This document shows positions 8,801 through 16,901 of a DNA stretch of 39,127 nucleotides, in pieces. A program made the translations under genes and the position numbers. Under the pieces are notes generated by a model. The model saw only the letters and a list, made by a program, of their open reading frames with translations. It was not told the DNA's origin and searched no databases. Source of the DNA: Fidelibacterota bacterium (GTDB taxonomy: Bacteria > Fidelibacterota > Marinisomatia > Marinisomatales > TCS55); NCBI GenBank assembly GCA_046861385.1, contig JBHHTW010000020.1, positions 1 to 39,127 on the forward strand, read 5' to 3'. Numbering within the stretch: the stretch's first letter is position 1; every line of letters begins with the position of its first letter.

Positions 8801-11302
8801 TTATTTTAATAAAACCATCCGATTTGTTAGTTGCCTTGTATTGGTTTTTAATGTGTAAAAATATACTCCGCTGGGTACCGATATTCCATTCTGATCTTTC
8901 CCATTCCATTTTAAGGAGTAGGTTCCTCGTGTTAATCGCTTTTGTACCAGTGTGCGAATATGTTTTCCCATTAATGAAAAAATCTTAACCTCAGCATTTT
9001 GCGTCGACGGAAGTGAAAATTCGATTATTGTTTCCGGATTGAATGGATTTGGATAATTTTGCTTAAGAACAAATTCATCGGGGATGTTTTCTTGATCAAC
9101 TACATTTAATTTTACTTCTTTAACCAGTCGCAAATCATCGATAATAATGGATCCTTGAGAAATATTACCATTAACGTAAGAAAGTTGAAAACTGTCGAAC
9201 CTCAGATTTCCATTCAACGACCCATCTCCAATCCAACTTCCGGTTCCATCCTCTATCATATTCCATGAAATTAGTTTCCAGCCATACCAATCGACCGTAT
9301 ACCACGGGCTGACTTCATGGTTAGACGCACCGGATTGTGGAACATTATCATCGACACAAAATCGAAACAGAGTTCCGTTTCCATCACCAAAAATATATGC
9401 CTGCATGGTGAACTCATCATTGAAAATAATATTGCGCGGCGCGCCTCCTCCTAAATATTCTCTAATCAGCCAGTTGGATGCATTCACGTCCCATCTGTAG
9501 TTTATAGCCATGGCGACCTGGCTGGCTGTAATATGATTTATTATACTAGAGTCTGAACCCATTCCTGTTTCTTCCGCAACCGTTCCAGTCGTGCTGCCAC
9601 TCATGCTTGGCGCCCACCAGTTGCTCATCAAATTATTTTCGAAATTGTCCAATTCATTTATTGCCCAGTCTGTATTTCCAGTTTGAAAACTGATATTATA
9701 AGCACCTGATACTGTATTACCAAAAAGGTCTCTAATACCCGGGATAATTCTAGTAATAAATACTTCATTTGGAAATAGGGGGTTCTCTGGAAAAAGACTA
9801 ACGACACTGTGTTCATTAACGCTGTAATGTTCAATAAGTATCGGAATATCTTCACCGGTCTGAAATCGTTCCAGTCTTATGAGATGGAGTAGTGTATCCG
9901 TGTGGCCAATAATTTCGTTGAATGTGAGATTGACCAGCGGATGTTGCTCGATATTGGATGATGTCATGGGGGGATATAAATTAACAAGAATCGGTGCTTC
10001 TATATCACTGGCACTGCTCTGATAATGCAGAGTAAATGTCCCGCCGGGATTTCCATCAATATCTCCGTCAAAAACATGTCCGTAAATGTCCCGGGCCCTT
10101 TCTGTTATTGTTATCGTAAAGTCAGTCTCATATAAGGAACTGTCAGGGTAAATCAATACCGTTTTTGAATCATTTATCCATTGATAAGATAATGGAACAG
10201 ATGGCAGAAACTCTATTGCTTGTTCTGTGCTATCCCGATTCATAGCCCGGGAGAAAGTGATTTTGACAGGATCCCAAGCCGGATAACCTTGTTCCCCTTC
10301 TACAGGATTTGTCAATATTACAGTTGGTGGTGTCGAAGATAACAATTCAATATCCCGGAAAGTAATAAATGAATTATTTATTTCAACAAACATTGTATCG
10401 GGATAATAGCCATCAGCAGCCACAACAAGCGGTATGGTTGAATCGGGAAGATTTTCGAAAAAGAAAAACCCATTATGCAAAGCATTTGGATCATTGGTAT
10501 AATGATTAAACAATGAAGTATAAGTGTCTGTTGTATATGTTTGCTCATTTAAAGATACTGTGGCACCATTAATCGGAACTGCGTTTTCCAGATCCCGTAT
10601 TATTCCTGCGCAGATTCCCACAAACGGTCTGACAATATTATGATACTCAAGAATGGACCAATAAAATGTATAAGCCAATAATCGTTTATATTCTTCATTC
10701 ATCGTTAATTGATTTTGAACAGGATGAGTGTGATGTCCCTCTTCGCTCAGTTCCGAAGGCATATTTGTATTCCGATTCACATAGAGATAGGGTCCCTGCC
10801 AACTATTGGAACAAGCGCCTGTATAACTGTAAAAGCTGCAGTCTCCTCTGGAGCCTATGGTAGAAATCCTCATTCCCCGGGTTAGCAAATCGATCATATA
10901 ACCACTCATTTCCTCACCACCGGAAGGAGGATCAGGCTGGCCATTATACAACTCTCCCCATAGCAGTAATGTGTTATTATGATCCGATGCCCCGGCATTG
11001 CTGTGTATTGAGTGATACCAGGACGCTCCAAGAGAATTTGCATGATGCGTTCTTTGATAGAGTGTTACCTGTTCTTGGTTATTTTTCCTTGAAATATAGG
11101 CCGTATCAATATCTGTTTGATTTAATAATATATCTTGTAAATGAAGCCCAACTTTTAATGCTTCTTCAGCTTCAGAATAACCGTTAACTCCCATGTTTTC
11201 TCTTTGGCTGTGTCCCGGATCAATAAAGATATCCCAGCCCGATAACCCAGATACCTGGCTGTACAAACTGGATATTGTTAATAACACAATGATACTCTTC
11301 AT
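8801..11302 (-). CDS. Secreted N-acetylmuramoyl-L-alanine amidase (Amidase_3) with carboxypeptidase-regulatory-like domain, two Big_5 Ig domains, a CBM-like module and a T9SS-type CTD
   Basis: Signal peptide, then Zn ligands and catalytic residue in 'IFIDPGHS', 'SEAEE', 'SIHSNA' and 'ELSEEG'. C-terminus 'LKQNYPNPFNPET...VPSGVYFYTL...NRMVLLK'. Confidence 0.88.
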   Translation of the reverse strand: MKSIIVLLTISSLYSQVSGLSGWDIFIDPGHSQRENMGVNGYSEAEEALKVGLHLQDILLNQTDIDTAYISRKNNQEQVTLYQRTHHANSLGASWYHSIHSNAGASDHNNTLLLWGELYNGQPDPPSGGEEMSGYMIDLLTRGMRISTIGSRGDCSFYSYTGACSNSWQGPYLYVNRNTNMPSELSEEGHHTHPVQNQLTMNEEYKRLLAYTFYWSILEYHNIVRPFVGICAGIIRDLENAVPINGATVSLNEQTYTTDTYTSLFNHYTNDPNALHNGFFFFENLPDSTIPLVVAADGYYPDTMFVEINNSFITFRDIELLSSTPPTVILTNPVEGEQGYPAWDPVKITFSRAMNRDSTEQAIEFLPSVPLSYQWINDSKTVLIYPDSSLYETDFTITITERARDIYGHVFDGDIDGNPGGTFTLHYQSSASDIEAPILVNLYPPMTSSNIEQHPLVNLTFNEIIGHTDTLLHLIRLERFQTGEDIPILIEHYSVNEHSVVSLFPENPLFPNEVFITRIIPGIRDLFGNTVSGAYNISFQTGNTDWAINELDNFENNLMSNWWAPSMSGSTTGTVAEETGMGSDSSIINHITASQVAMAINYRWDVNASNWLIREYLGGGAPRNIIFNDEFTMQAYIFGDGNGTLFRFCVDDNVPQSGASNHEVSPWYTVDWYGWKLISWNMIEDGTGSWIGDGSLNGNLRFDSFQLSYVNGNISQGSIIIDDLRLVKEVKLNVVDQENIPDEFVLKQNYPNPFNPETIIEFSLPSTQNAEVKIFSLMGKHIRTLVQKRLTRGTYSLKWNGKDQNGISVPSGVYFYTLKTNTRQLTNRMVLLK

Positions 11303-12213
11303 CGTTGTACCTCTGCCATATACAGCTCATTATTAATATCAGTATCATAAATAATATGAGTGTTGTCAACCCAAGTTGGTCTCATGGCGATTAGATCGGT
11401 CCCATGAGTAACATTGATCAGATCCGTCCCGTCGGATTTAACAACATAAATATCTGATTGTGTAATATTGTAGCCGTCATCATCAGTACGCATAAAGACT
11501 ATTTTGCTTCCGTCAGGAGACCATTCTGCTTCGTGCCCAATACCCAGGTTTATTGTGGATTGATCTTCAATATTGATCATAATCAAATTGCCGCCATACT
11601 CTTCATATAATATTTTTTCTCCATTTGGTGAAACCGCCATATCGTGGATTTCTTTAATATTCTTAAGAAACGGTCTTCTCTTTTTATTGTCTTTTGAAAC
11701 TAAGTAGATAGTGTTTTTCTCAAAATTATAATATTCTGATCGTGTCGAACTTTTAAAGGTTAAATAATAATTTCCCTTTATTTTGGTGTTTCCAGCTAAA
11801 TAGATATTATTTCTGTCAATCCATATAATTTTCCCTGGCAGACTCATTTTATCTGAAATGATAACATTTTTCAGGCCACTCTCAAGTTCATAAACAACTA
11901 AAGAATTATATCGTCTTTTTTCAAGGAAGAAAGCAGGTTTATATGCAATGGCATCTCCTGAGGTCGACCAGCTATATCCAAATCCGGCAGCGGTTTCATT
12001 TGTAATCTCAAGTACTGATTTATCACTCATGTTTAGCAGATATAGTCCAATATAATTCGGTAATGTAAATGAAAGATATTTTCCGTCAGATGAAATTTGC
12101 GGGTTAATGACACCCGATTCAGATTGATAGATCATTTGGTGATCGAATGGTTTCTGCGCAAACAATATTGCTATGGAAAAAACGAGATGGGTTCGGAAGA
12201 AAATTTTAATCAT
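11299..12213 (-). CDS. TolB-like PD40/WD40 beta-propeller protein, exported
   Basis: Repeats 'PQISSDGKYLSF', 'VSPNGEKILY', 'WSPDGSKIVF' and 'DIYVVKSDGTDLINVT'. N-terminal signal-like segment and ATGA overlap with the amidase. Confidence 0.8.
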   Translation of the reverse strand: MIKIFFRTHLVFSIAILFAQKPFDHQMIYQSESGVINPQISSDGKYLSFTLPNYIGLYLLNMSDKSVLEITNETAAGFGYSWSTSGDAIAYKPAFFLEKRRYNSLVVYELESGLKNVIISDKMSLPGKIIWIDRNNIYLAGNTKIKGNYYLTFKSSTRSEYYNFEKNTIYLVSKDNKKRRPFLKNIKEIHDMAVSPNGEKILYEEYGGNLIMINIEDQSTINLGIGHEAEWSPDGSKIVFMRTDDDGYNITQSDIYVVKSDGTDLINVTHGTDLIAMRPTWVDNTHIIYDTDINNELYMAEVQR

Positions 12214-12261
12214 GATTTTTAGCCTTTAATAAGGGGAAAAAGTTACAGGGTATTGTTATAT

Positions 12262-12296
12262 AAAAAAAGAGAGCCTCGAAAAATTCGAGGCTCTCT
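12262..12296 (-). terminator. Rho-independent terminator downstream of uptake cluster 1
   Basis: Perfect 13-bp stem AGAGAGCCTCGAA (12268-12280) / TTCGAGGCTCTCT (12284-12296). The A-run at 12262-12267 gives a U-tract on the minus strand, about 24 nt after the stop codon at 12320. Confidence 0.9.
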
Positions 12297-12319
12297 ATCA
12301 TAGTGCAATATGATTTGGA

Positions 12320-14674
12320 TTATTTAACCAACAGCATTCTTTTACTCATCATCTGCTGACCATCCGTGATTGTATATAGATACATTCCGGTGGCAAGGTG
12401 ACTCGCATCGAAGGATACGGTATGGTGACCCATCATCATGTAATCATTTACAAGAACAGCAACTTCGCGCCCTGTAACATCATAAACAGTCAATTTCACA
12501 CGACTATCGTTGAACAATTCAAACTCAATATTCGTGGATGGATTGAATGGGTTAGGATAGTTCTGATGTAAACTGAAAGCACGAGGCAATCTCACAACAT
12601 CATCATCTATACCGACATCACCGCTAACAAACTTAGAGACTCTTCCGCCATCGAAGTCAGCCACATAAGCTACCGTGTAGTCACTGTTGAAAGAAATACC
12701 GCGCGGTGCACGAATAGTGTCTCCACCTGCGACTGCATTGGCATCAAAAGATACACCATAGGGTTGACCTGTTCCAATTGAACCAACAATCTGATGGTTT
12801 GCTCCTGGATCTAATTCATACCAACCGGTGAAATCTCCTTCATTCACATTCCAGTAAGTTCCTACCCATAATGTGCTGTCTTTACCCCAATCCAGGCATT
12901 GACCCCACATGACTTCATTATACAGAATGTCTTGTAGAACAAAAGTACCTTCCGGTCCATCTGCACTGTAATAGTGGAATACACCATTGTTATGGGTTCC
13001 ACCATAAATACGAGCATGGTATAAATTGTTACCCGTCGCATCTACCAGAACATTACGTGATATAGCTGTGTTTGTACCGTCTTCAATGGAATTCACTAAA
13101 TCAGGAGAATCTACTGCGTCTCCTGTATAATCATCCGGTAATCCCAAAGAAGCATCAAATACCCATATGGGATTTCCACCTGGTACAACTTGTGTAACAA
13201 ACAGGTAACCGTCTCCGGTCATTGATGTTTCTGTAATCGATCCAGGAAAATTATAATACGCACCTAAACCTTCTCCGGTTTGAGCATTAATCTGCCATAC
13301 GTCATTGTAGGCTGAATAAAGAATATTACCGTTCATGTCTAAAGACACACCACGACAACCATTCCACATGGTATCTACGCGTCCATCAGACCAACTAATT
13401 GTCCGAATCGGTGAAAATGAGGCTTGGGTTCCGTCTGCTTCATAAACATAAATTGGCTTAATCGGTATCGTATCTGTGGGCAATCCCAATGTGTCTGAAT
13501 ATGCATAATATCCAACCCACACGCGGCCATTACCATCCACAACTGCCGAATGCGCCTGCTTCCCTACTGCAAAATCACTGTCGTAAGTCCAATCATCGAA
13601 TGAAGGAGCTTCTTGCAGCGCAGGTGCCGTAAACCCTGTACCATCATCTATAAACTTAGAGACTCTTCCGCCATCGAAGTCAGCCACATAAGCTACCGTG
13701 TAGTCACTGTTGAAAGAAATACCGCGCGGTGCACGAATAGTGTCTCCACCTGCGACTGCATTGGCATCAAAAGATACACCATAGGGTTGACCTGTTCCAA
13801 TTGAACCAACAATCTGATGGTTTGCTCCTGGATCTAATTCATACCAACCGGTGAAATCTCCTTCATTCACATTCCAGTAAGTTCCTACCCATAATGTGCT
13901 GTCTTTACCCCAATCCAGGCATTGACCCCACATGACTTCATTATACAGAATGTCTTGTAGAACAAAAGTACCTTCCGGTCCATCTGCACTGTAATAGTGG
14001 AATACACCATTGTTATGGGTTCCACCATAAATACGAGCATGGTATAAATTGTTACCCGTCGCATCTACCAGAACATTACGTGATATAGCTGTGTTTGTAC
14101 CGTCTTCAATGGAATTCACTAAATCAGGAGAATCTACTGCGTCTCCTGTATAATCATCCGGTAATCCCAAAGAAGCATCAAATACCCATATGGGATTTCC
14201 ACCTGGTACAACTTGTGTAACAAACAGGTAACCGTCTCCGGTCATTGATGTTTCTGTAATCGATCCAGGAAAATTATAATACGCACCTAAACCTTCTCCG
14301 GTTTGAGCATTAATCTGCCATACGTCATTGTAGGCTGAATAAAGAATATTACCGTTCATGTCTAAAGACACACCACGACAACCATTCCACATGGTATCTA
14401 CGCGTCCATCAGACCAACTAATTGTCCGAATCGGTGAAAATGAGGCTTGGGTTCCGTCTGCTTCATAAACATAAATTGGCTTAATCGGTATCGTATCTGT
14501 GGGCAATCCCAATGTGTCTGAATATGCATAATATCCAACCCACACGCGGCCATTACCATCCACAACTGCCGAATGCGCCTGCTTCCCTACTGCAAAATCA
14601 CTGTCGTAGACCCACTCAGAATGGAGAAATGTGCCTGCGATGATGATCAATGCAACTATTAACATTCTCTTCAT
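12320..14674 (-). CDS. Secreted tandem NHL-like beta-propeller protein (two identical ~319-aa units) with a T9SS-type CTD
   Basis: ATG at 14674 with SD AGAGGAG (14680-14686) and a signal peptide (MKRMLIVALIIIAG). Blade motifs 'SAVVDGNGRVWVG' and 'APRGISFNSDYTVAYVADF'. CTD 'LHQNYPNPFNPST...LATGMYLYTI...KRMLLVK'. Confidence 0.85.
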   Translation of the reverse strand: MKRMLIVALIIIAGTFLHSEWVYDSDFAVGKQAHSAVVDGNGRVWVGYYAYSDTLGLPTDTIPIKPIYVYEADGTQASFSPIRTISWSDGRVDTMWNGCRGVSLDMNGNILYSAYNDVWQINAQTGEGLGAYYNFPGSITETSMTGDGYLFVTQVVPGGNPIWVFDASLGLPDDYTGDAVDSPDLVNSIEDGTNTAISRNVLVDATGNNLYHARIYGGTHNNGVFHYYSADGPEGTFVLQDILYNEVMWGQCLDWGKDSTLWVGTYWNVNEGDFTGWYELDPGANHQIVGSIGTGQPYGVSFDANAVAGGDTIRAPRGISFNSDYTVAYVADFDGGRVSKFIDDGTGFTAPALQEAPSFDDWTYDSDFAVGKQAHSAVVDGNGRVWVGYYAYSDTLGLPTDTIPIKPIYVYEADGTQASFSPIRTISWSDGRVDTMWNGCRGVSLDMNGNILYSAYNDVWQINAQTGEGLGAYYNFPGSITETSMTGDGYLFVTQVVPGGNPIWVFDASLGLPDDYTGDAVDSPDLVNSIEDGTNTAISRNVLVDATGNNLYHARIYGGTHNNGVFHYYSADGPEGTFVLQDILYNEVMWGQCLDWGKDSTLWVGTYWNVNEGDFTGWYELDPGANHQIVGSIGTGQPYGVSFDANAVAGGDTIRAPRGISFNSDYTVAYVADFDGGRVSKFVSGDVGIDDDVVRLPRAFSLHQNYPNPFNPSTNIEFELFNDSRVKLTVYDVTGREVAVLVNDYMMMGHHTVSFDASHLATGMYLYTITDGQQMMSKRMLLVK
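12629..14608. repeat. Direct repeat, 2 x 957 bp (12629-13585 and 13652-14608), period 1023 bp, with a 66-bp unique spacer
   Basis: Line-by-line comparison by eye found no mismatch between the two copies. The repeat is in frame within the propeller gene. Confidence 0.97.
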
Positions 14675-14679
14675 TTGTA

Positions 14680-14686
14680 CTCCTCT
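14680..14686 (-). promoter_or_regulatory. Shine-Dalgarno site (AGAGGAG) of the tandem propeller gene
   Basis: CTCCTCT on the + strand, 5 nt from the ATG at 14674. Confidence 0.75.
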
Positions 14687-14771
14687 TATTTTTGGTTTGA
14701 TTATTTTCATTAGAAAATACGTTCTGATAATAGGTGTTTCTTCCTAATGATCCAAAACATAATTCTCATTT

Positions 14772-16901
14772 TTATCGTATTACGATAAACTTTTTAAAGA
14801 CTGATTCGCCTTTCTGAAAAATGAGTGCTTGAGTATCCTGGTCGGTAATATCTTCTGTTACCTCGAAATAGGCAATATATAATCCAGACACAACAACTTG
14901 TCTGTACTGTGTTAATGAATTCCATTCCTGGTCTCCGCTGCCATCGTTATGATCAATGACTTCAATTAAATCTCCCCGTTCCGTAAATATTTTTATTTTG
15001 CATTTCCCCGGAATATTATAAAACATGACTTTATCCGACTGCCCCGGAAACTGCAACGCATTGTTCGAAATATGGTAAGGATTTGGCACGACCCGAATTT
15101 GATCCAATGTTGTTCCTTGTTTCCGTTTTAAAAAAGCCGGTTTACTTGTTTTCGTGTAAAAATGTGAACTTCTCAGCGAACCAGTTGGGTTAGTAATTCC
15201 TTCTGAATTCAAAGAACCATTACTCTTGGAAACAATATAATAATAGTAAGAAAATCCTCTGATCGCCGTTACATCATCAAATTGGTAAGTACCGGCAGGA
15301 CCGGAATATATTGGGTCCGGGCCAAAAACAGTATCCGGTTTAGCGACAGCGCGATAAATCTCATATCCGTCGAAGTTCGGATCCGATTCTGATTCGCTGG
15401 CTAACCAACTTAGAAAAATCCTGTCTCCGCCAGATTCAACATTAAAGACAGGTGGAGGCATTGGAGGTTCGGGTATCGATAAACCTGATTCATAATTTCT
15501 TTTTGCCCTGCTAAATGTCTGTAGAATAGAATCTTTTCCAGTGTAAACCCATGCATTCTTAAATTCATCCTTATCTGATGTCGTCCCGCTGCCGGGTAAA
15601 TCGTACGGTGCTATTCCATTTAAATATTCTTGTCCTACCCATTCACATAATTGTCTGGAAATTCCGTTAATTCCTTCTGCTTCAACGATGGTAATACTTT
15701 CCCCGGGCGCAAGAGTATAAGGGCCATAGGCGATCATTACATTTGTTCCACCCGGATCATTATGTACCGTCGATGGATCCTCTCCCGGATAGGAATCATA
15801 CGCACCATATTCCTCATCCATGCGGTTATTGCCTCCTTTATCTGAACCACCGTATGGATTTCCGCTCAACATTGTGTATAACCGGGTCATTTTCACAGCA
15901 TCATCGTCTGGCTGGTACCGTCCAATAGACGGATAAGTGTCACCGGCATGCCAACCCAGGAATACGGGTTGATTCGCATCATCACTTGTATCACTAGGAC
16001 TGGTATCCACATGAATTACGACTGAACCCACGTGGTGCGGTGATGTTAAACGTCCACTGCCGGTTTGTTTTGGTGCGCCCACATTATCAAATGAATTTGA
16101 AGCATTTTGCCCTAGCCAGCTAAAACCACAGCGCAGCCAATCAACAATTCCGGATGCTTCTGTGATAACATCATTCTGATGAAGCGGATAATCTTCACCA
16201 CGCTTTGTGACCCACATATGCTTCCCCCAGGATGCAGGTCCTCCAGCATTCCATGATGCTTCTCGGCTGCCGCTGTAACGAGTTCCCCATCCAATTCTAA
16301 CACCATGCAAGGTATCGTTGAGTTCTATCTCTTCATCCCAATCGGTATTTCCTGTATTTGTAAACGTAAATACCTTAATAAAATAATTATCATGATATTG
16401 CTGAGAGAATGCATAAATGGTTCGATTCATGGTTAGTCCCATGGATGTATTCACTATATTAATAATTTTTCTGTCGGAAGGAATGGTGCTGTCATACTCA
16501 TCAATGTCGCTCAGATATATCCCGGTGGTATTGATCCCATCAACATAGACAGACGGCGGTTCAAATTGCGCTATCTGTTTCAACTCCATAGGGAAAATAC
16601 TGGTTTCTACATAGCTCAAAGAAAAATAAATACCGTAATGCTCCCATGACTGGTTTTTATCATCCGTAAAATTTTCACATGCTAGCCAGGTTCGTTTAAT
16701 GACTGCATTATCCTGAAATTGGTAATCTGCTGGCCACCGTAATCCTTCATAATACGAATTATTCCAAGCCCGTTCAGATCCCCACGCTGAAAAATGACTT
16801 TGTAATGATCCGATTCGTATATACCGTTTTTCTGTTTCACCTACCTGCGAATAAATCACCGTAAATAATATGACAAATAATATTGTGAGTTTTTTAACCA
16901 C
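14772..16901 (-). CDS. Uncharacterised TBDR-partner protein 2 with FN3-like domain and variant CTD ('IRVVPNPY')
   Basis: GTG start overlapping the TBDR stop (TAGTG) and a signal peptide. 'GDRIFLSW...FDGYEIYRA...FDDVTAIRGFSYYYYIVS' is FN3-like. C-terminus 'IRVVPNPY...CKIKIFTERGDLI...VVSGLYIAYFEV...KFIVIR'. Confidence 0.8.
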   Translation of the reverse strand: MVKKLTILFVILFTVIYSQVGETEKRYIRIGSLQSHFSAWGSERAWNNSYYEGLRWPADYQFQDNAVIKRTWLACENFTDDKNQSWEHYGIYFSLSYVETSIFPMELKQIAQFEPPSVYVDGINTTGIYLSDIDEYDSTIPSDRKIINIVNTSMGLTMNRTIYAFSQQYHDNYFIKVFTFTNTGNTDWDEEIELNDTLHGVRIGWGTRYSGSREASWNAGGPASWGKHMWVTKRGEDYPLHQNDVITEASGIVDWLRCGFSWLGQNASNSFDNVGAPKQTGSGRLTSPHHVGSVVIHVDTSPSDTSDDANQPVFLGWHAGDTYPSIGRYQPDDDAVKMTRLYTMLSGNPYGGSDKGGNNRMDEEYGAYDSYPGEDPSTVHNDPGGTNVMIAYGPYTLAPGESITIVEAEGINGISRQLCEWVGQEYLNGIAPYDLPGSGTTSDKDEFKNAWVYTGKDSILQTFSRAKRNYESGLSIPEPPMPPPVFNVESGGDRIFLSWLASESESDPNFDGYEIYRAVAKPDTVFGPDPIYSGPAGTYQFDDVTAIRGFSYYYYIVSKSNGSLNSEGITNPTGSLRSSHFYTKTSKPAFLKRKQGTTLDQIRVVPNPYHISNNALQFPGQSDKVMFYNIPGKCKIKIFTERGDLIEVIDHNDGSGDQEWNSLTQYRQVVVSGLYIAYFEVTEDITDQDTQALIFQKGESVFKKFIVIR

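Noticed and set aside
11299-12213. Calling this gene tolB
   Set aside because: It has only the propeller part, lacks the TolB N-terminal domain and has no tolQRA/pal context.
12629-14608. Long repeat as a diversity-generating retroelement TR/VR pair or an IS duplication
   Set aside because: The copies are identical with no adenine-specific mismatches, both are in-frame coding, and no reverse transcriptase, transposase or terminal inverted repeats are visible.
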